Program-made: the position numbers and the translations under genes
Notes under the pieces: generated by a model
Database searches by the model: none
Told to the model about the DNA's origin: nothing
What the model saw: only the letters and a program-made list of their open reading frames with translations
Part shown: positions 27,854 to 37,269 of the stretch, piece by piece
Position numbering within the stretch: position 1 is the stretch's first letter
How the letters are laid out: each line of letters starts with the position of its first letter
Assembly (NCBI GenBank): GCA_963707215.1
Contig: CAVPPB010000003.1
Location: 160,001 to 224,000 of the forward strand
Reading direction: 5' to 3'
Origin: an uncultured Chloroflexia bacterium
Lineage (GTDB): Bacteria; Chloroflexota; Limnocylindria; Limnocylindrales; CSP1-4
DNA length: 64,000 nt

Positions 27854-28329
27854 TCGTGCTCGTCCTCCATCCGTTCTCCGGCGGTCGCGCGTGCATCGAG
27901 CTCGTCCTGCAGGATCACCGCCGCAGCCTCCCGGTCGATGAGCGCCCGACGGGCGGCTCGGCGTGTCGGCCCCGGCGGACCACCCGAGCGGCCGCGCGGG
28001 GCGCGTCCGAGGCGCCCTTCGGCGACCTCGCTGCTGAGGCGTTCGTCGCGGAGGACCACCGGGATGGCGAGCAGCGGGCCGATCGCTTCGACCCAGGTCC
28101 GGGTCCGCCGCGCCTGGTCGCCCTCGCCGCCGGACATGTCCAGGGGGAGCCCGACGACTAGCTCACCGACGCCCTGCTCAGCGACGATGTGACGTAGGCG
28201 CTCGGCGTCCGCCGCGACGTCCCGACCTCGACGGATCGTGGCCAGAGGCCGCGCGAGGCCGCCGACCGGATCCCCGACCGCGAGGCCGATCCGGCGCTCC
28301 CCCAGGTCGACCCCCAGCAGCCGCGTCAC
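27850..28329 (-). CDS. ruvX: Holliday junction resolvase-like / pre-16S rRNA nuclease RuvX (YqgF)
   Basis: LLGVDLGERRIGLA, VVGLPL, DERLSS, IDREAAAVILQ. Confidence 0.93.
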   Translation of the reverse strand: MTRLLGVDLGERRIGLAVGDPVGGLARPLATIRRGRDVAADAERLRHIVAEQGVGELVVGLPLDMSGGEGDQARRTRTWVEAIGPLLAIPVVLRDERLSSEVAEGRLGRAPRGRSGGPPGPTRRAARRALIDREAAAVILQDELDARATAGERMEDEHE

Positions 28330-30158
28330 GAGCCCGGCGACGACGCCGGTTCCTCGCCGTCCGGGGTCGCCTCGGATCCCTGGCCCACCACGACGACCTC
28401 GACCCGGAAATCGTAGGTGGGGATCGTCGCGGCCCAATCCGGGCTCAGCTCGACCTCCGCCGACCCGTACGGCACCAGAGCGGCGACCGCCTCCTCGGGG
28501 GTCTTGCCGAGAACGAGCAGCTCCAGCTCGGCCGGATCGAGCCGGGCGATCTGCTGGCCCGTCGTGCTCACGGGGAACTCCACCGTCGTACCGGCGACGG
28601 TGGGGGTGCCGACGTCCACGCGGCCTGAGCCCGGCACCAGGTCGTGGCCCGGATCGACGGCATCGGCGAGGCGATCCTCGGCCACGACCTCGACGGCCGA
28701 CTCATCGACGACCGTGACCTCGCCGGTGGCCCGGGCTGCCAGGTCGAAGCTGGCGATCTCCTGGCCCACGAACCCGGCGGGATCGGGTTCGTAGGTCGGC
28801 TCGCCCAGGGTCGCGGTCTCGGCGAAGAGCGTCGTCCCGGCCGGGGCCGTGGCCGGGTCGCCAAGGCTCGTGGCGAAGGCCTCGCCCAGCTTCACGCCGA
28901 GGTCCTCGCGGGCCCGGGTCACGTCGGCCTCGGTCACGACCGGGAAGGACTCCCGGGTGCCGCCGCTGGTCGCCGCCTCGTTGGTCACCTGGATGACGTT
29001 GCTGTTGATGCCCGACGGGACCCGCACGATCGTCCCCGCGGGCACGTTGCCCCCCGGGCCGCCCTCGGCCGCGCGGACCCCGACGTCCCGGGACTGGCAC
29101 TTGATGTCGGGCAGCGGCGTGAAATCGATCTGGGCGACCGGCAGGAACACCTCCTCGACGGTCCTGAAGGCGACCCCGGCGGCCGTCCGGACGACGGTCC
29201 CGGAGGCGATCGTGTACGACTCGGTGGGATCGCAGTTGGTCCACGTCACGGTCCCGCTTGCCGCGGTCTCCTCGACCCGCTGACCGGTCGCTTCGTAGCT
29301 GCCCTGCGCCGTGACCTCGACGGGGATCCGCTGGGCCGGGACCACGCCGGCCTCCACGTCGATGGCAGTGATGCCCGGGTCGGCCCGCACCGTGAACTGG
29401 ACCGGGCCGACCGTCGACACCGCCGGGGTGACGGTGACCGTCGCGGCAGGCAGGAGGAGGTAGCCGGCGACCCCACCGACCACGAGCGCGCCGACGCCCA
29501 GCAGGACGATGACCGCGATGACGGCCACCGTCCGGCCGCCTCGCCGTCGGGCCGCGGCCGGTGCGGCCGGGGTCGCGGCCGCGGAACGGGGGCGGACATC
29601 CGCGGAGGAGGCCGGTGGCGGCAGGCCATCTTGGTCGGCAGTGCCAGCGACGGCGGGGCCTGAGGGTGCCGACCGACCCGACGACGCCGGTCCCGAAGGC
29701 GCCGGGTGTGCAGCCGGGACTCCGACCCCCGCGCCATCCGCCGGGCCCGGAGACGGCCGCCCGGCAGCCGACCCGGCGGCCAGCGCCCCGGCGGCAGCGG
29801 CAGCCGCAGCGGCAGCCGCGACTCCCCCTCCCTTCCTCGGCTCGCCGCCGGATGGCCCGGCCTCGCTCACTTCCGTCGGTGGCGGAGGTGGTCCCTCGAA
29901 CTCCTGGACGGAGGCGAACGTGGTCAGCCCGGCCGAGCCCGCGAGCGCTCGGGAGGCGGCGTCGGGCGCGATGACCGCCAGATCCTTCCCGGCCGAAGCC
30001 GCTTCGCGGGCCAGCAGCCGGAAGTTCATTCGTGAGGTCGCCACCCTCGAGCCCGGCGGGATGACGACCGCGACCCGGCCGGCCTCGTTGGAGCGGATCC
30101 GAGCCGCCGCGGTCGTGATCTCGTCGTCGACGTCGAGGTAGATGATCGGGCCAGCCAT
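28326..30158 (-). CDS. Membrane protein with conserved IIYLDVDDEI N-terminal domain and extracytoplasmic baseplate-J/gp47-like domain
   Basis: Single TM; 'A.GTVT..N...I..GT.V', 'A...G..GNVPAGTI', 'VTNEAATSGG' patterns. Confidence 0.65.
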   Translation of the reverse strand: MAGPIIYLDVDDEITTAAARIRSNEAGRVAVVIPPGSRVATSRMNFRLLAREAASAGKDLAVIAPDAASRALAGSAGLTTFASVQEFEGPPPPPTEVSEAGPSGGEPRKGGGVAAAAAAAAAAGALAAGSAAGRPSPGPADGAGVGVPAAHPAPSGPASSGRSAPSGPAVAGTADQDGLPPPASSADVRPRSAAATPAAPAAARRRGGRTVAVIAVIVLLGVGALVVGGVAGYLLLPAATVTVTPAVSTVGPVQFTVRADPGITAIDVEAGVVPAQRIPVEVTAQGSYEATGQRVEETAASGTVTWTNCDPTESYTIASGTVVRTAAGVAFRTVEEVFLPVAQIDFTPLPDIKCQSRDVGVRAAEGGPGGNVPAGTIVRVPSGINSNVIQVTNEAATSGGTRESFPVVTEADVTRAREDLGVKLGEAFATSLGDPATAPAGTTLFAETATLGEPTYEPDPAGFVGQEIASFDLAARATGEVTVVDESAVEVVAEDRLADAVDPGHDLVPGSGRVDVGTPTVAGTTVEFPVSTTGQQIARLDPAELELLVLGKTPEEAVAALVPYGSAEVELSPDWAATIPTYDFRVEVVVVGQGSEATPDGEEPASSPGS

Positions 30159-30160
30159 CG

Positions 30161-31438
30161 TCAGACCTTCATCGCCCGGAGGACCTTGCGAAGGGCGGCA
30201 TCCAGGGCACCCTCGTCCGTCTGCAGCTCGATGGCCTGGTAGGCCAGGCCGAGGGGGGTAACGTCCTGCTGGTCCACCAGGAGCTTCGTCGCGTCGGTGA
30301 GCGCCTCGATCTGTCCGGGCTCCATGATGTCGACGACCGGCGGCCGGGCGAACGGCAGCTCCTTCCAGAAGCGCTCGTCGGCCAGAGCTTCGCGGATCTC
30401 CGGCAGCCGTGACCCGCCGCCGCAGAGATGGATCCGGCCCGGCAGCAGCTCGCCTCCCGAGAGCTCCTCGAGGATCAGCTCCACGCCGGCCGTCCAGATC
30501 CGGGTGTCGTCGGCGATGATCGCGGCGACCGCCTCGCGGTCCTCGACCGGCAGCCCGCGGGCGTAGTCGACCTTGAGCTCCTCGGCCCGCGGGAAGGGCA
30601 GGTCGAGGCGGTCGGCCAGCGACTTCGTGAAGGCCCGGCCCCCGAGGGCGAACATCCGGGTCCCCTCGATGCCACCCTGCCGGACCAGGGCCACGTCGGT
30701 CGTCCCGCCGCCCACGTCGATGAAGAGCGCGCCGGCCTGGCGGACCTGCTCCGACCCCAGGACGCGGGCGACCGCATAGGGCTCGGCCACGACCTCAAGC
30801 AGTTCCAGGTCGAGCTGGCTGGCGACGCTCTGGAGCGCCCCGAGATGGACCAGGGGGGCGAAGGCGTTGAAGATGCTGATCGAGACGTGGCGGCCCTGGA
30901 AGCCGACCGGGTTCGTCAGGGCGTAACCGTCGATCGACGCCGCGGTGATCGCGGCATGGACGAGGCGGACGTCGACCTGGGGCAGACCGGTCTCCCAGGT
31001 GATCGATCGCTCCGCCTCCTGAAGCGCCTCTCGCTGGACCCCGTCGATGAGGCGCTGGAGCTCGCCGTCGGTGATCGGCTGGTCCGGGCGGCGCCGCTCC
31101 TGCGAGTGGGTGATCGTGAAGCCCTTCACGAGCTCGCCGGCGATGCCCAGGACGACCTGGCCGGGCCGGAAGCCGGCCATCTCCTCGGCTTCCTGCAGGG
31201 CGACGGCGCAGTTGTCGACGACGGCCGTGATGTCGGCGACCGTCCCGGACTGCATGTGGGAAAGGCCCTGGCGCTTCCTGCCGACGCCGCGGACGGTGCC
31301 GTGACCGTCCGAGTCGATCTCGAAGACGAGGGCCTTGGCGAACTCGGTCCCGATGTCGAGGGCCGTGCAGGCCGTCAGCTCCTCGCCGCTGTCCCGCTGC
31401 CAGATGCGCCGGAAGAACGCCAGCCGGCCGTCCGTCAT
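30161..31438 (-). CDS. FtsA-like actin-fold ATPase
   Basis: ALDIGTEFAK, AEPYAVA, IDVGGGTTD, GGRAFTK, LCGGGSRL. Confidence 0.85.
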   Translation of the reverse strand: MTDGRLAFFRRIWQRDSGEELTACTALDIGTEFAKALVFEIDSDGHGTVRGVGRKRQGLSHMQSGTVADITAVVDNCAVALQEAEEMAGFRPGQVVLGIAGELVKGFTITHSQERRRPDQPITDGELQRLIDGVQREALQEAERSITWETGLPQVDVRLVHAAITAASIDGYALTNPVGFQGRHVSISIFNAFAPLVHLGALQSVASQLDLELLEVVAEPYAVARVLGSEQVRQAGALFIDVGGGTTDVALVRQGGIEGTRMFALGGRAFTKSLADRLDLPFPRAEELKVDYARGLPVEDREAVAAIIADDTRIWTAGVELILEELSGGELLPGRIHLCGGGSRLPEIREALADERFWKELPFARPPVVDIMEPGQIEALTDATKLLVDQQDVTPLGLAYQAIELQTDEGALDAALRKVLRAMKV

Positions 31439-34218
31439 CGATCGCCCGCCAGCGCGGACCGGATGACCTCGAGCGCCTCGGCGACGCCCTCGGCACGAGT
31501 CCCCTTCCCCTGCGCCATCTCGGGCCGGCCGCCGCCCTTGCCGTCGATGCGGGTCACGGCCGCTCGCACAAGGTCGCCGGCGGAGACCCCGTCGGCCGCG
31601 AGATCCTCGCTCACGGTCACGAAGAGCTGCGGCTCCTCGGCCTCGAGGGCGAGGGCGATGACGCCCGAGCCGAGCTCGCCGCGGACCTCCCTGGCCAGGC
31701 CCTTGACCGCGTCGATCGACTCGAACGGCCCTGCGAAGGCGACGAGCCGCCGTCCCGGACGGACCTCCTCGACCCGCCGCGCCAGCTCGGCCGACCCGGG
31801 CAGCCCGGAGCCCCCGGCCCGCAGCCGCCGCTTCGCCTCGCGCAGCTCGTCCTGGAGCGCCCGGATGCGGTCCTCCAGCGCCTCCTCCGACGTCGCCCCG
31901 GTCAGCTCGACCGCCCGGTCCAGTCGGGCCAGGCGATCGGCCACGAGCCGCTCCGCCCCGACGCCCGTCACCGCCTCGATCCGCCGCATCCCGGAGCCGA
32001 TGCTCCGCTCCCCGGTGATGAAGAAGCCGCCGATCTGCCCGGTCGCGCGGCAGTGCGTGCCGCCGCAGAGCTCCAGGCTGTAGTCCTGGACCCGGATCGT
32101 GCGGACCGCCTCCCCGTACTTCTCGTCGAAGAAGGCGTCGGCCCCGGCGTCCATCGCCTCTGCCATCGTCATCACCTGGGCCGTGACCGACCGGTCGTCG
32201 CGGACGATCCGGCGCACCTCCGCCTCGATGGCGGCGCGCTCGACGTCGGTCAGCGCCCGGTCGCCTGGGTAGTCGAAGCGCAGATAGTCGGGGTGGACGA
32301 GCGAACCCGCCTGCCGGGCGGATTCGCCGACCACGTTGCGAAGGGCGCGATGGAGCAGATGCGTGCCGGTGTGGTTCCGCATCGCCCCGGCCCGTCGCTC
32401 CGGATCGACGGCCGCGTGGACCGCGTCGCCGACCGCCACCCGGCCGTGGAGGCGTCCCCGGTGGACGACGAGTCCGCCGACCGGCCGCTGGGTGTCGAGG
32501 ACGGTGAAGACGACCTCGCCGTGCTCGTCGCGGAGCCGGAGCTCGCCATGGTCCCCGACCTGGCCACCGCCCTCGGCGTAGAAGGGCGTCCGGTCGAGGA
32601 CGATCTCCGCATCGGCGCCGGCCGGCGATCGCAGCTCGACCTCGGGTACGGCCGCGAGGTCCTCGTATTCGACCCCGTCACGCAGGATGGCCACGACCCG
32701 AGCGTCGGCGGTCAGGCGCTCGTAACCCAGGAACGGGGTGTCGCCGGCGCGGCGCAGGACCCCCTCGTAGAGCTGGGTCATCTCGGCGTGCTGGCTCAGC
32801 TCGGCCTTGCGACCGGAGCGGCTCCGCTGGCGCTGCTCCTCGAGGGCCTCGTCGAAGCCGGCTCGATCCACCCGGACCCCGTACTCCGCGGCCAGCTCGA
32901 CGGTGAGGTCGATCGGGAAGCCGTAGGTGTCGTGGAGCCGGAACGCGACCTCGCCGTCGAGGACCGGGGCGTCATCGCCGAGGGTCTCCTCGCGCCGTCC
33001 GACGACGCGCTCGGCCGAGGTGAGCGGGATGAGCGCCTCCTCCAGCAGATCGGTGCCGGCGTCCAGGGTGCGGGCGAACTGGCGCTCCTCGCGGACGATC
33101 GTGCCCAGGATCTCATCGCGGCGCTCCGCGAGGTTCGGGTAGACGTCGCTCATCAGGTCGATGACGACCGCCGCCGTCTCGTGGAGGAACGGCTCCCGCC
33201 GCCCCAGCAGGCGGCCGTGGCGGACCGCCCGCCGGAGGATGCGCCGGAGGACGTAGCCGCGACCCTCGTTGGAGGGCAGGACGCCGTCGCCGATGAGGAA
33301 CGTGACCGCCCGGCTGTGGTCGGCGATGACCTGGTAGCTGAAGCGCTCCGCCTCGAAGGCCTCGGGATCATGCCCCAGCACGTCGCGCATCCGGTCGTGG
33401 ATGGGCCCGAACAGATCCGTGTCGTAGTTCGACCAGACTTGCTGGACGACCGACGCCATCCGCTCGAGCCCCATGCCGGTGTCGACGCCCGGCGCCGGAA
33501 GCGGCGTCAGGGAGCGGTCGGGGTGGAGCTCGAACTCCATGAAGACCAGGTTCCAGATCTCGAGCCAGCGGGGGCACTGCTCGTCGTGGTCCGGGATGCA
33601 GTGCGGGCCCTCGCTGAACTCCGGGCCGCGATCGAAGTGGAGCTCCGAGCATGGGCCGCACGGGCCCACGTCGGCCATCCGCCACCAGTTCTTCTCGTCA
33701 CCGGCCGCGAAGTCGCCCCAGCGGGCGATGCGGTCCTCGGGCAGGCCGATCTCGTCGCGCCAGACGCCGTAGGCCAGGTCGTCGGTCGTGTACACCGTCG
33801 CCGCCAGCCGTTCCGCCGGCACGCCCATGTCGCGGGTCAGGAACTCCCAGGCCCAGTGGATGGCCTCGCGCTTGAAGTAGTCGCCGAAGCTCCAGTTGCC
33901 GAGCATCTCGAAGAGGGTGTGGTGACGCGGCGTGCGCCCGACCTCCTCGAAGTCGTTGTGCTTGCCGGCGACCCGGAGGCAACGCTGGTAGTTGACGGCG
34001 CGGGTGTAGCTGCGCTGCTCGACGCCGGTCAGGGCGTCCTTGAACGGCACCATCCCGGAATTCACGAACAGGAGCGTCTGGTCGCCGGCAGGCACGAGCG
34101 AGGCGGAGGGCACGACCTCGTGGCCGCGCTCGGCGAAGAACTCGAGGAAGCGGCGGCGGATCTCCGCGGCGGGCAGCGCGATGATCCGGGGATCCGGCTG
34201 GAGCTGGGGGCTCGACAT
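31435..34218 (-). CDS. alaS: Alanine--tRNA ligase
   Basis: LLFVNSGMVPFK, HHTLFEMLGNWSFGDYFK, DTYGFP, HTGTHLLH, ELCGGTH, GKGGG. Confidence 0.98.
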   Translation of the reverse strand: MSSPQLQPDPRIIALPAAEIRRRFLEFFAERGHEVVPSASLVPAGDQTLLFVNSGMVPFKDALTGVEQRSYTRAVNYQRCLRVAGKHNDFEEVGRTPRHHTLFEMLGNWSFGDYFKREAIHWAWEFLTRDMGVPAERLAATVYTTDDLAYGVWRDEIGLPEDRIARWGDFAAGDEKNWWRMADVGPCGPCSELHFDRGPEFSEGPHCIPDHDEQCPRWLEIWNLVFMEFELHPDRSLTPLPAPGVDTGMGLERMASVVQQVWSNYDTDLFGPIHDRMRDVLGHDPEAFEAERFSYQVIADHSRAVTFLIGDGVLPSNEGRGYVLRRILRRAVRHGRLLGRREPFLHETAAVVIDLMSDVYPNLAERRDEILGTIVREERQFARTLDAGTDLLEEALIPLTSAERVVGRREETLGDDAPVLDGEVAFRLHDTYGFPIDLTVELAAEYGVRVDRAGFDEALEEQRQRSRSGRKAELSQHAEMTQLYEGVLRRAGDTPFLGYERLTADARVVAILRDGVEYEDLAAVPEVELRSPAGADAEIVLDRTPFYAEGGGQVGDHGELRLRDEHGEVVFTVLDTQRPVGGLVVHRGRLHGRVAVGDAVHAAVDPERRAGAMRNHTGTHLLHRALRNVVGESARQAGSLVHPDYLRFDYPGDRALTDVERAAIEAEVRRIVRDDRSVTAQVMTMAEAMDAGADAFFDEKYGEAVRTIRVQDYSLELCGGTHCRATGQIGGFFITGERSIGSGMRRIEAVTGVGAERLVADRLARLDRAVELTGATSEEALEDRIRALQDELREAKRRLRAGGSGLPGSAELARRVEEVRPGRRLVAFAGPFESIDAVKGLAREVRGELGSGVIALALEAEEPQLFVTVSEDLAADGVSAGDLVRAAVTRIDGKGGGRPEMAQGKGTRAEGVAEALEVIRSALAGDR

Positions 34219-34393
34219 CGGCCGCAATGGTAGCCGACCGGGCGGGTCGGGCCGGCGGCACCGCACGAGTCGCCGACCCGTCAGCGACACGTCGCGTGGC
34301 GACCGCCCGACCAAAGGGGCCATCGTGTCAAGCAGAACCGTCTCCCCGGAGCCGTCGTGGGGCACCTCGGCGCCATCCTCCAGGGCCTGGCGC

Positions 34394-34615
34394 CTAATGT
34401 CGCCGGCCGGATCCCCGATCGGCGTCGTCGGACCCGCGCCCGTGGTCGCGACGGGCACCCATGCCCAGCAGGGCTCCGACGACGGCGGCCCCGATCAGGG
34501 CGCCGATGGCCAGGCCCCGCAGGAACCGCGACCTCCCGGCCGGCTCCTCGAGCGCCGCGGCGAGCCCCCCGAGCGCCTCGACGACCTCATCGGCCACCTG
34601 GGAACGGTCGCTCAT
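34394..34615 (-). CDS. Small hypothetical membrane protein
   Basis: ATGA overlap with the upstream gene; FLRGLAIGALIGAAVVGALL. Confidence 0.55.
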   Translation of the reverse strand: MSDRSQVADEVVEALGGLAAALEEPAGRSRFLRGLAIGALIGAAVVGALLGMGARRDHGRGSDDADRGSGRRH

Positions 34616-34893
34616 CGCACACCTCCTCGCGTCGGCCCCAGCAGCGCGAGCAGGGCCACGACCGCGATCCCGGCGATCGAGACGACCGAGGCCGCCACGA
34701 TCCGAAAGTCGCCGATGCGGAGCACGTCGATGCCGAGCCGCCCGCCGATCGCATCGCCCGCCCACGCCCCCAGGATCGCCGCCAACAGGACCAGCGGAAG
34801 CCGCCCCCCGGGTGTGCCCCGGACGGCCACGTAGGCGCCGGTCCAGAAGATCCCCACGAGTACGCCCAGGATGAGGGCGGGGCCCAGGCTCAT
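34612..34893 (-). CDS. Small membrane protein (3 TM)
   Basis: MSLGPALILGVLVGIFW...; hydrophobic throughout. Confidence 0.65.
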   Translation of the reverse strand: MSLGPALILGVLVGIFWTGAYVAVRGTPGGRLPLVLLAAILGAWAGDAIGGRLGIDVLRIGDFRIVAASVVSIAGIAVVALLALLGPTRGGVR

Positions 34894-36048
34894 CCGACGG
34901 AGACCTGGGCGTCGATGGCGCCGTCCCGGTGCCGCTGCCCGAGTCGTGGGAGCGGCGATCCGGCCACCGCCCAGGCAGGTCTCGCCGTCGTAGAGCACCG
35001 CGGCCTGGCCGGGCGCGATCGCCCACACCGGCGAATCGGTCTCGACGATCCAGCGACCGCCACGGGCCGGCTCATCGGGTGCCACGGGCCGGACCATCGC
35101 CTCCGTCAAGGGGCCCCGGTGGCGGATCCGCACCTCGGCCCGGAACGAGCCTTCGTGGCCGACCGGCGGGCGATCGGCCACGAAGGACACGTCCTCCAGC
35201 TGGACAACCCGGGTCTCCAGGTCCTCGCGGCGGGCCAGGCGGATCAGGCCGCCGACCGGGTCGACCTCTGACACGTAGCGCGGCTCGCCCACGGCGACGC
35301 CCAACCCCGTCCGCTGGCCGATCGTGTAGCCGACCGCGCCATCGTGCCGACCGATCTCCCGGCCGCTCTCGTCGACGATGGCCCCGGAGGGTCCCGCGTG
35401 GCCGCCGCGCGCGCGCACCTCGGTCCGCACGTCGGCCTCGCCCACGAAGCAGAGCTCCTGGCTCTCCGGGGTGTCGGCGGTCGGCAGGCCCATCTCCCGG
35501 GCCATGGCGCGGACCTGGGTCTTGGTGAGGTCACCCAGCGGGAAGCGGGCGTGCCGGAGCTGGTCCTGCCGGAGCCCGTAGAGGAAGTAGGTCTGGTCCT
35601 TGGACCCGTCGCGGGCCCGTGCCAGCGCGACGGATCCGTCAGGCAGCTCGAGCCGTCGGGCGTAGTGCCCGGTGGCGACCGCGTCGCACTCGTAGAGGTG
35701 GCGGGCTCGCCCAAGGAGCGCCCCGAACTTCACGTACGTGTTGCAGTCGACGCAGGGGCTCGGGGTCCGCCCTGCCTCGTACGCCCCGACGAAGGCGTCG
35801 ATGACCCCGGCCGCGAACTCTCGCTCGAGGTCCAGGACGTAGAACGGGATGCCGAGAGCCGCCGCGACGCGGCGGGCATCGTCGGCGGCATCCAGCGAGC
35901 AGCAGCTCCTCTTCACCTCGGACGCGATGTCGGCCCGATCGTGGAGCCGCATCCAGACGCCGATGGCCTGATGACCCGCGTCACGGACGAGCGCCGCCGC
36001 GACCGAGGAATCGACACCCCCCGACATGGCGACCAGGATCCGGGCCAT
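34890..36048 (-). CDS. mnmA: tRNA 2-thiouridine synthase MnmA (probable frameshift near 34950)
   Basis: VAMSGGVDSS, TPSPCVDCN, ATGHYA, KDQTYFL, ESQELCF, YTIGQR, APGQAAVLY. Confidence 0.95.
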
Positions 36049-36053
36049 CGACG

Positions 36054-37238
36054 TCAGGCCGGGGTCGCCTGGCCGAGCGGGTCGGCGGCGACCTCGGTGG
36101 CGCCCGCCCTGATACGGGCGATCGTCGCCGGGACGATCTCGACCGCGGTCGCCACGTCGGCCTCGGTGGTCGTGCGTCCCAGCGACAAGCGGAGCGCCCC
36201 GATTGCCTCGTCGGCTGGGTAGCCCATGGCCGTCAGGACGTGGCTCGGCTCGGTCGATCCCGTCGTGCAAGCCGAGCCCGTGGAGGCGGCGACCCCGGCC
36301 AGGTCGAGCGCGATGACCACAGCCGAACCGTCGGCGTCGCGGACGACGACCGACAGGTGCCCAGGGAGCCGCTCGCGCGGGTGGCCCGTCAGCTCGACGC
36401 CGTCCACCCCCAGGGCCGCCTCGCGAAGGCGGTCGCGGAGCTTCCGCAGCCGGGCCGTCGTCGCCGCCTGCTCGCGGACCGCGAGGTCGAGAGCGACCGA
36501 CAGCCCGACGGCACCGGCGACGTCCTCGGTGCCGGCCCGCCGGTAGCGCTCCTGGCTGCCGCCGTGCTGCTGGGGGAGGATGTGCGTCCCCCTGCGCAGG
36601 TAGAGTGCCCCGACCCCCTTGGGTCCCTCCAGCTTGTGCCCCGAGATGCTCAGCAGGTCGACGCCCAGCGAGCCGACGTCGATCGGCAGGAACGGGGCCG
36701 CCTGGACCGCGTCGACGTGGAGCAGGACCCCTTTCCGAGCGCGGACCGCCCGGGCGATGTCGGCGATCGGCTGGATCGTCCCGACCTCGTTGTTGGCCGC
36801 CATCACCGAGACCAGGATGGTCCGATCGGTGAGCGCCCGCTCCAGGTCGTCCGGATCGACCCGACCGTAGCGGTCGACCGCGATCTCGACGATCTCGAAG
36901 CCGAACTTGTCCAGGTGGGCCAGGCTGTGACCGACGGCGTGGTGCTCGACCGCGGTCGTGACGATGCGGTGTCCTCTCGCCCGCCCGGCCCAGGCCGCGC
37001 CCTTCAGGGCGAGGTTGATCGACTCCGTGCCTCCCGACGTGATGACGATCTCGCGAGGGTCGGCCCCGAGCCGGACCGCGATCCGCTCGTGCGCCTCGTC
37101 CAGCGCCGCGCGGGCCCGCCGCCCGAGGGCGTGGGGCGAGGAGGGATTGCCGAAGTCCTCGGTCAGGAACGGCAGCATCGCCTCGAGCGCCTCGGCGCGC
37201 AGCGGGGTCGTCGCGGCGTGATCCAGGTAGACGGTCAT
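36054..37238 (-). CDS. iscS: Cysteine desulfurase (IscS/NifS type)
   Basis: YLDHAATT, GNPSS, TSGGTES, SGHKLEGPKG, STGSAC. Confidence 0.93.
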   Translation of the reverse strand: MTVYLDHAATTPLRAEALEAMLPFLTEDFGNPSSPHALGRRARAALDEAHERIAVRLGADPREIVITSGGTESINLALKGAAWAGRARGHRIVTTAVEHHAVGHSLAHLDKFGFEIVEIAVDRYGRVDPDDLERALTDRTILVSVMAANNEVGTIQPIADIARAVRARKGVLLHVDAVQAAPFLPIDVGSLGVDLLSISGHKLEGPKGVGALYLRRGTHILPQQHGGSQERYRRAGTEDVAGAVGLSVALDLAVREQAATTARLRKLRDRLREAALGVDGVELTGHPRERLPGHLSVVVRDADGSAVVIALDLAGVAASTGSACTTGSTEPSHVLTAMGYPADEAIGALRLSLGRTTTEADVATAVEIVPATIARIRAGATEVAADPLGQATPA

Positions 37239-37269
37239 GGGCGGCGATTCTACGCCGGGCGCCGCGTCC

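Noticed and set aside
28326-30158. Prophage or contractile injection system from the baseplate-J-like gene
   Set aside because: No other phage structural genes; it has a TM anchor and sits in a core operon.
34612-36048. MnmA fused to a membrane protein
   Set aside because: An alternative frame ends at 34890 with an ATGA overlap on the membrane gene start; the fusion is probably an indel artefact.
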